64,000 bases of DNA from a virus (lineage: Duplodnaviria > Caudoviricetes): positions 96,001 through 160,000 of IMG/VR virus record IMGVR_UViG_3300034069_002177; one strand, 5' to 3'. The notes beneath the pieces were generated by a model. The model saw only the letters and a list, made by a program, of their open reading frames with translations, was not told where the DNA came from and did no database searches. How positions within the stretch are numbered: the first letter of the stretch is position 1; every line of letters starts with the position of its first letter. Positions 59,601 to 64,000 of this stretch are shown here, in pieces. A program made the translations under genes and the position numbers.

Positions 59601-60583
59601 TCCGTAGCGTTTCTGGTATCAAATCCGAGGATGTGTCCAACGAGATTGGTAACCGCTCACGCAACACTGCTGCTCTCGAAAGTCAGTTGGATGATGGTGA
59701 ACTCAACGGTGACGAAGAGCAGGTCCGTGATGCAGTCAACAAGCTTGGTGGAAGTTCTCACCTTGAAGGTTCGGCTGAGGAAGCCAAGGATTCGCCTGCT
59801 ATTGAAGCAAGCCGTCGTGATTACTTCGATAACAACGTGGACAATGAAGAACGTCCCGTTGATCGTGGTGAGAAGGCTGGTGAAGGTAACGTTCATGCTG
59901 CAACTCTCGAACGTATTGCTCGGGCTACCGAAGAGCAGAACGAACGTGATGACAACACCGTTACGCCTGAGGGTTCCGTGCAGGTTGTTCCTGGTGAAGA
60001 GGATGGTCAGAATGCTCGCGACCAAGAAGTCCAAGGCAACAACATTCCCGGACTCGAAAGTACCGACGATGGTCGTGGCAACTCGCAACGCGGCGGTCAG
60101 CAGAACAATCAGCAGACCATTATTGCCGGGGCAGAGAGCGTACAGCCCACTGACACCAATGCAAACAACATTGGTCAGGTGGACAATAACGCCGCTCGTG
60201 CTGACAACTACAAGGCTGCAATTGGCTCCGAGTTCGAAGCTCCCGGAATGGCAGAAGATTCTTCTACCGCCAACTCTGGTAGCGCTGGACTTGGTAGTGA
60301 AGGTCTGAACCGCAGGCTGGACAGCCTTCCTGGTGAAATTAGCCGTTCCATGCAAAACGTCATGGAGCCCGCCTTCGACCGATTCGATGCACTTGGTCGA
60401 ACGGTACGCGAGTCGGCTGAGGTTCAAGAGGATGCGCTTCAGCGCAATACCGAGTCGAACGAACGTATCTCCGAGGCTCAGATTGCAAGCATGGAGAATC
60501 TTCAGCAGACAATTGCTAATTGGTTCCCTGACAGGGGTTCAGATAACAGCCCGAATAACAGCGCTGGTCCTACCTGGCGTTAG
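56690..60583 (+). CDS. Large polytopic VirB6/TcpH-like conjugation protein
   Basis: Two TM clusters around a large exported domain, then a Gly/Ala-rich and acidic disordered tail; 1297 aa. Confidence 0.65.
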   Translation: MIRKVLSGIRRHRLFVYMFVAVAVLGVAVSASLTSDPSQSMAVNTPATVTSVNHVAADYYHNSVANAVQNVQETSASSYKQAAASDGQYSSVPALKSHLQGANATKLDSLNYFAFSRWATVTLLPVPAVGFANIGSLVVAAFVSLANLLFTIGAIVLLGVGLLMLLITSINLLTAFLPTIDWFFAQLGGQWLTNPSGGGGTGTIASSFQGASPFFIAIFLMVIAVAIRLSPLANKDRSLLGDIVISAVAIAALMTISTASTKDWNNSNSNKVDAINGNTGSSIPLGSNVAASLSVDGGDPSNYQKASFGWFLANGSDIVDGAVNFAGGLITSITSGLGAISNSGTTTAPAGSSCYNYLNTGMHGIASDVLENKKGIAFIGKTSTQSILSFDSLVYTVLYRPAAEASYGANASGDATWCRMWESARGSDPVDQAYIARTANMYSDALSNNTDAKDGGDGILKVDGGWADSDGGNNAVNGHAKLAGFFGNTLSTSKGTTAFKFYWAACSFEGNGRVKVSSAFTNALGTAKKDDDSPDGSKGDKLSDGDCQTVLQTADSSSGYIFGAKNKDNDSMKNLSPFAWTQDDKLFTLFFIGFSVPADTSTELANADMNGSEAINFFKMVYGSSAGNVWPAAIVAVVGTIMMSIGLLPMQVGALILQMISVLSLIAFPIVLLVMIVPIRAGRKAFFTILKLFISSKLVQLIFVTFIAIAIAIINLLTIAFGTVLNVSLIGGNAFTGDGTPLGTFIKAILNAVAIGIAFYGTKKLLRDVFKADVTTIKGAMSVGQNMASTAVNGGGLREMGLGQLKSPVRGGAAGTGGFGNANLPEGLGKNTGADNEPRQPEMPKRQDEKQAPEDPKQKPNETAEGAAGLAGGIAGVAGGASGGAGGSALGDVAGGAVAGGFAGGAPGALAGGSIEVPAAASKSIQGTVGDGMKNAPTEGPNSRNPEAPVPNDQMLTEEQRKEAAEKTEGIRSVSGIKSEDVSNEIGNRSRNTAALESQLDDGELNGDEEQVRDAVNKLGGSSHLEGSAEEAKDSPAIEASRRDYFDNNVDNEERPVDRGEKAGEGNVHAATLERIARATEEQNERDDNTVTPEGSVQVVPGEEDGQNARDQEVQGNNIPGLESTDDGRGNSQRGGQQNNQQTIIAGAESVQPTDTNANNIGQVDNNAARADNYKAAIGSEFEAPGMAEDSSTANSGSAGLGSEGLNRRLDSLPGEISRSMQNVMEPAFDRFDALGRTVRESAEVQEDALQRNTESNERISEAQIASMENLQQTIANWFPDRGSDNSPNNSAGPTWR

Positions 60584-60591
60584 TAAGTCGG

Positions 60592-60645
60592 TTGCAAGTT
60601 CTCCTTCGTTGGTGTACCATCAGGTCGCAACGAAGGAGAACTTGC
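60592..60645 (+). promoter_or_regulatory. 18-bp hairpin hiding the dnaX RBS, with an embedded promoter
   Basis: 60594-60611 pairs perfectly with 60628-60645, which contains AAGGAG; TTGCAA (60592) - 17 nt - TACCAT (60615) spans the left arm and loop. Confidence 0.75.
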
Positions 60646-60646
60646 T

Positions 60647-62380
60647 TTGACCAAATTCGCACTTGACGAAGAATCGCTCGATATCGACGATCAGGATGTC
60701 AACGAAAACGATTACGATGACACCACTAACGCTGATGGCACCACCGCTGTCGATGAGTCTGATTACGATGATGGTGATGACGCCGCTACCCAGAACGTAA
60801 ATGAAGTAGTGGTAGAAATCAAGCCTAAGGTTGTAGAAGTCAAGAATCCTGTCGATACCGTAAAGGCAACCGAACCAGACTCCCCCTACGTCGTACTCTA
60901 CCGCCGATTCCGCCCGCACAAGTTCTCTGAAATCATTGGTCAGGACAGCACGGTAAAGGCACTTCGTTCGGCAGTAATCAATCACAAGGCGGCGAACGTC
61001 TACCTGTTCTCAGGTGAGCGGGGCACGGGAAAGACCACGACCGCCCGCGTTCTAGCTTCGGCATTGAACTGCCCCTTTGTACGCCCCGATGGCGAGCCTT
61101 GCGGGGTATGTGACCTCTGTGTCAATGTTCATGCTGGTAACGGCTCAGACGGCGTTACAGAGCTTGATGCGGCTAGCAATAGCTCGGTGGATGATGCCCG
61201 CCGCATCATCAATGAAATCCAGTTCGCTCATGGCTCCAAGAAGAACATCTACATCATTGATGAGGTACACCTTCTTTCCAAGCAGGCGAACGGAACGCTG
61301 CTGAAGACCCTCGAAGAGCCTCCTGCTAATGTCATCTTCATCCTGTGCACAACAAACCCCGAGCGTCTCGAACCGGCTGTTCGTTCCCGTGCTACCGCGT
61401 TCTCCTTCCACGAACTCGATGACACAACCATGCAGGGTCTCATCAAAGAGGTTGCTGCGGAAGCTGGCATCGAGGTAACGGACGAACAGATTGCGGGAGT
61501 TGTTCGTCGTGGACGAGGTTCGGCACGTGATGCCCTGAGTGCACTCGAAAGTCTTTCTCTGAACACCGATGTAGTCGTCGAGTACGACAACCATGCTTCG
61601 GCAATCACCAAGGCTGTCGGAGACAAGAGCGTATCTGACATCATCATCGCAGTAGCCAAGGCAATCGATGGCGGTCTTAGCGTCAGTGAGATCGCTACCT
61701 CTCTGCTTGCTTATTGGCGTTCGATGATTCTTGTTCTGAATGCGCCCGAGATTGTCAAGCTGACCGATGCAGAGTTCGATTCGGTTCTCGACGTTGCTGA
61801 GAAAATGGGTACTGACAAAACAATCCACATGCTTCGTAAGTTAGGTGAAGCTCATGGCTCTTTGCTACAAGGAGATCCGCGAGTCATGATCGAAACCACG
61901 CTGATTCAGTTTGTTCTTCCGCACAATGATGCCGCCGCACTGCGCGACTTGAACCAGAAACTTGATTCGGTTGCTGGCGATGTGAGCGAGTTGCGTAAAC
62001 GTCCCGCTAGTTCACCTTTCAATTCTGAGCCAGGTACGAAAAAAGACAATTGGCTTGATGATTCGGAACCTAAAAAGGACACCAAGAAGGCAGATTCGGT
62101 AGTAGAGAATCCAGCAACTAAACCAGAAGAAAAGACGGCGGTAGCTGCGAGTTCTATCGAAATCATTTCTGACCCAGATGACCTTATCGATGCAATCTTC
62201 GAGAACGTTCCTAAGAAGGTACAGCTTTCACTTTCTGAGTTGGAAGTCGATACGAAGAATACGACTAGGAAACTTCTTGTTCTGAAGAGTCACAAGGGAA
62301 TTACGGATGACGAATTTGAACTACTTGAAAAGGCAGTCGCCAAGGTTGATCCCCGCGAATTTGATTTGGATGAAGACTAG
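60647..62380 (+). CDS. dnaX: DNA polymerase III gamma/tau clamp-loader subunit with an acidic N-terminal extension
   Basis: LYRRFRP..F.EIIGQ, GERGTGKTT, PCG.C..C, ELDAASN, IIDEVH.LS, LLKTLEEPP and GSARDALS.LE. Confidence 0.93.
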   Translation: MTKFALDEESLDIDDQDVNENDYDDTTNADGTTAVDESDYDDGDDAATQNVNEVVVEIKPKVVEVKNPVDTVKATEPDSPYVVLYRRFRPHKFSEIIGQDSTVKALRSAVINHKAANVYLFSGERGTGKTTTARVLASALNCPFVRPDGEPCGVCDLCVNVHAGNGSDGVTELDAASNSSVDDARRIINEIQFAHGSKKNIYIIDEVHLLSKQANGTLLKTLEEPPANVIFILCTTNPERLEPAVRSRATAFSFHELDDTTMQGLIKEVAAEAGIEVTDEQIAGVVRRGRGSARDALSALESLSLNTDVVVEYDNHASAITKAVGDKSVSDIIIAVAKAIDGGLSVSEIATSLLAYWRSMILVLNAPEIVKLTDAEFDSVLDVAEKMGTDKTIHMLRKLGEAHGSLLQGDPRVMIETTLIQFVLPHNDAAALRDLNQKLDSVAGDVSELRKRPASSPFNSEPGTKKDNWLDDSEPKKDTKKADSVVENPATKPEEKTAVAASSIEIISDPDDLIDAIFENVPKKVQLSLSELEVDTKNTTRKLLVLKSHKGITDDEFELLEKAVAKVDPREFDLDED

Positions 62381-62463
62381 GGCGATACGAACCTCCGATA
62401 ATGGGGTTCAAGTTAGTCTAACGAAGTATGATGGTCGCAAGAACAAACATTTGAGGGGTTTCA

Positions 62464-63603
62464 TTGGTTACGTCGCTTTCCCGTGAGGACAGAATTCTTG
62501 GCAGCGTTAAGCCATTCCGGTTGTCTAGCGCTACAGAGATAGCAACACTTAGACGAGTATTCTCGCGTATTTCCGGTCTGAGCGTTGGTCAGTTCTCTGA
62601 GAACGGTTTTGGATTCCCATTCATTCCGTTCCCTGAGATTGATCCAACCAACCCCGACAAGACGAAGCTATCTCCAGCTAACACCGCCGAGCGTTTCCTC
62701 TTCCACCCCATTTATTGGATTGACCCTCGCCTCACCGCGCCAACGCAGACGGAACTTACCGATCCTGCTCGGTGGTCGATTCGAATGTTCTACGAGCTTC
62801 TTTCGTTTGGGCTTCTCAACCCTGAGACCCTACAGTGGCTAAACCCCGCTGTGGTCAAGGGTGTTAGCTGGACTCCTGCCGACATTAATAGCCTTCTGAA
62901 TGATGCCCCTTCTATCTTGGATGATGTCATTTTCCGCGACGGCGATAGACTTCCCGGCTACTCGTCATCTGATGTTCTTGAGGCATCTGATACTGCATTC
63001 GAGCGAATTCGCGCCATTCAGCAGCGTGAGATTACGCGCATCCGCTCGCTTCGTAAGGTGGCAATGGATGATTCAAACTTGATTCTTAGTGGTCAGGATA
63101 TTTGGACTCGTTTGTTCCCCCGTTTCGAGAAAGTTGCTCGTGAGATTGATGAGGCTCGCCAACAAGGTATGCCTCTATCCAGCTTCCTCGATGAGATCTA
63201 CTCAGTAAAGACCGACATTGCTCGATACCTCGCTTCTGCTGATGACGCGATTATGGGTTTGACTTACGACATCGCTGATCAGGTTTCGTTCTCCAACGAC
63301 GCGGTAATGCGCTTCGCTGCGATCTCGGCACTCGTGAAGCGCGGTCGTGGACTCATCTCTCGCGCCGAAGCAGAAATGGATGAGCAACTAAACGCTATCT
63401 TCAGCGGCACCAACGTATCCGCCATGAGAATGGTTGAGATGGTTTCGAGAATGTACGCCGATATGATTGATAGACTATCGCTCGCGTACCGTAACAACGA
63501 ACTTGCCACACGCGGCGAGCGAGTCATTCGAAGTATTGATGAACAGATGTTCGACGAGACGCAGAGGACTCAGCAGGCAAGCGATAGCGATTTCCAGTTC
63601 TAG
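62464..63603 (+). CDS. Hypothetical protein with a coiled-coil C-terminal half
   Basis: 379-aa ORF; GAGGGG RBS-like sequence before a TTG start. Confidence 0.7.
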   Translation: MVTSLSREDRILGSVKPFRLSSATEIATLRRVFSRISGLSVGQFSENGFGFPFIPFPEIDPTNPDKTKLSPANTAERFLFHPIYWIDPRLTAPTQTELTDPARWSIRMFYELLSFGLLNPETLQWLNPAVVKGVSWTPADINSLLNDAPSILDDVIFRDGDRLPGYSSSDVLEASDTAFERIRAIQQREITRIRSLRKVAMDDSNLILSGQDIWTRLFPRFEKVAREIDEARQQGMPLSSFLDEIYSVKTDIARYLASADDAIMGLTYDIADQVSFSNDAVMRFAAISALVKRGRGLISRAEAEMDEQLNAIFSGTNVSAMRMVEMVSRMYADMIDRLSLAYRNNELATRGERVIRSIDEQMFDETQRTQQASDSDFQF

Positions 63604-63636
63604 CATTCGTAGCGGTTTCCTCTATAACAAGGAGGA

Positions 63637-64000
63637 ATGTTGAACTACTTTCTAATCGCCCTGGTGGCTATTATTGTCCTGCCCTTGCTCATCGGAGCGA
63701 TTGCAACCAGCGGTAAGTATGTCATTCGCGAACACGCGCGTGTCAGGCGTGGTCACATCGTCGGAGACCTCATCTGGAATGAAATCGAGTATGAAGGCAA
63801 CTTCCGTAAATTCGAGGGTGCGAATGATTCTATTCACACGGGAGATCTCGTCGGTCTGGTTACATTGGCTGAATCCATTCGTTCTTCTTTTCCGCATAAA
63901 GACCGTGGAGTCATCTCTTACGTTTGGTCACGTTCATCTGACACGTCCATTCACCTCTACTTGGGAGTGACAACTGAGCACTATGGTGATGGCTCACAGG
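63637..64000 (+). CDS. 5' part of a membrane-anchored protein that runs off the window
   Basis: AAGGAGG RBS; MLNYFLIALVAIIVLPLLIGAIATSGKY...; open to the end of the window. Confidence 0.75.
   Translation, partial: MLNYFLIALVAIIVLPLLIGAIATSGKYVIREHARVRRGHIVGDLIWNEIEYEGNFRKFEGANDSIHTGDLVGLVTLAESIRSSFPHKDRGVISYVWSRSSDTSIHLYLGVTTEHYGDGSQ

Overview
This window looks like part of a large, phage-like conjugative replicon (probably a megaplasmid) from an actinobacterium. The host assignment comes from the class Ib RNR, TTGACA/TAnnnT promoters and the I-E repeat type. No capsid, terminase, tail, integrase, rRNA or tRNA gene was recognised. It carries DNA and nucleotide metabolism genes: nrdH, nrdIEF, NAD-dependent ligase, DnaX, a beta-clamp-like protein, an orphan DNA methyltransferase, a dATP/dGTP diphosphohydrolase-like protein and an HUH Rep-like protein. 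It also has a Gram-positive T4SS-like transfer cluster (about 49-60.6 kb), a vWA/metallopeptidase plus MoxR AAA pair and many hypothetical genes. The most unusual elements are: (1) an adaptation-less type I-E CRISPR-Cas locus (cas3, apparent cas8e-cas11 fusion, cas7, cas5, cas6e) whose only array is two divergent repeats around one 20-nt spacer, clamped by a 14-bp outer stem, which suggests a shortened 'mini-Cascade'; (2) six otherwise unrelated proteins, including an ArdC-like anti-restriction protein, that share an N-terminal P-[IV]-x-DKNG-[KR]-x-T-T-V-H-[KR]-like tag, plus two other repeated Cys/His terminal tags, which suggests a modular protein-delivery system; (3) several structured RNA elements, including a 100-nt rod after nrdH, a branched nrdIEF leader and an 18-bp hairpin that hides the dnaX ribosome-binding site and contains a promoter. 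All family assignments come from motif recognition by eye, not from database searches.
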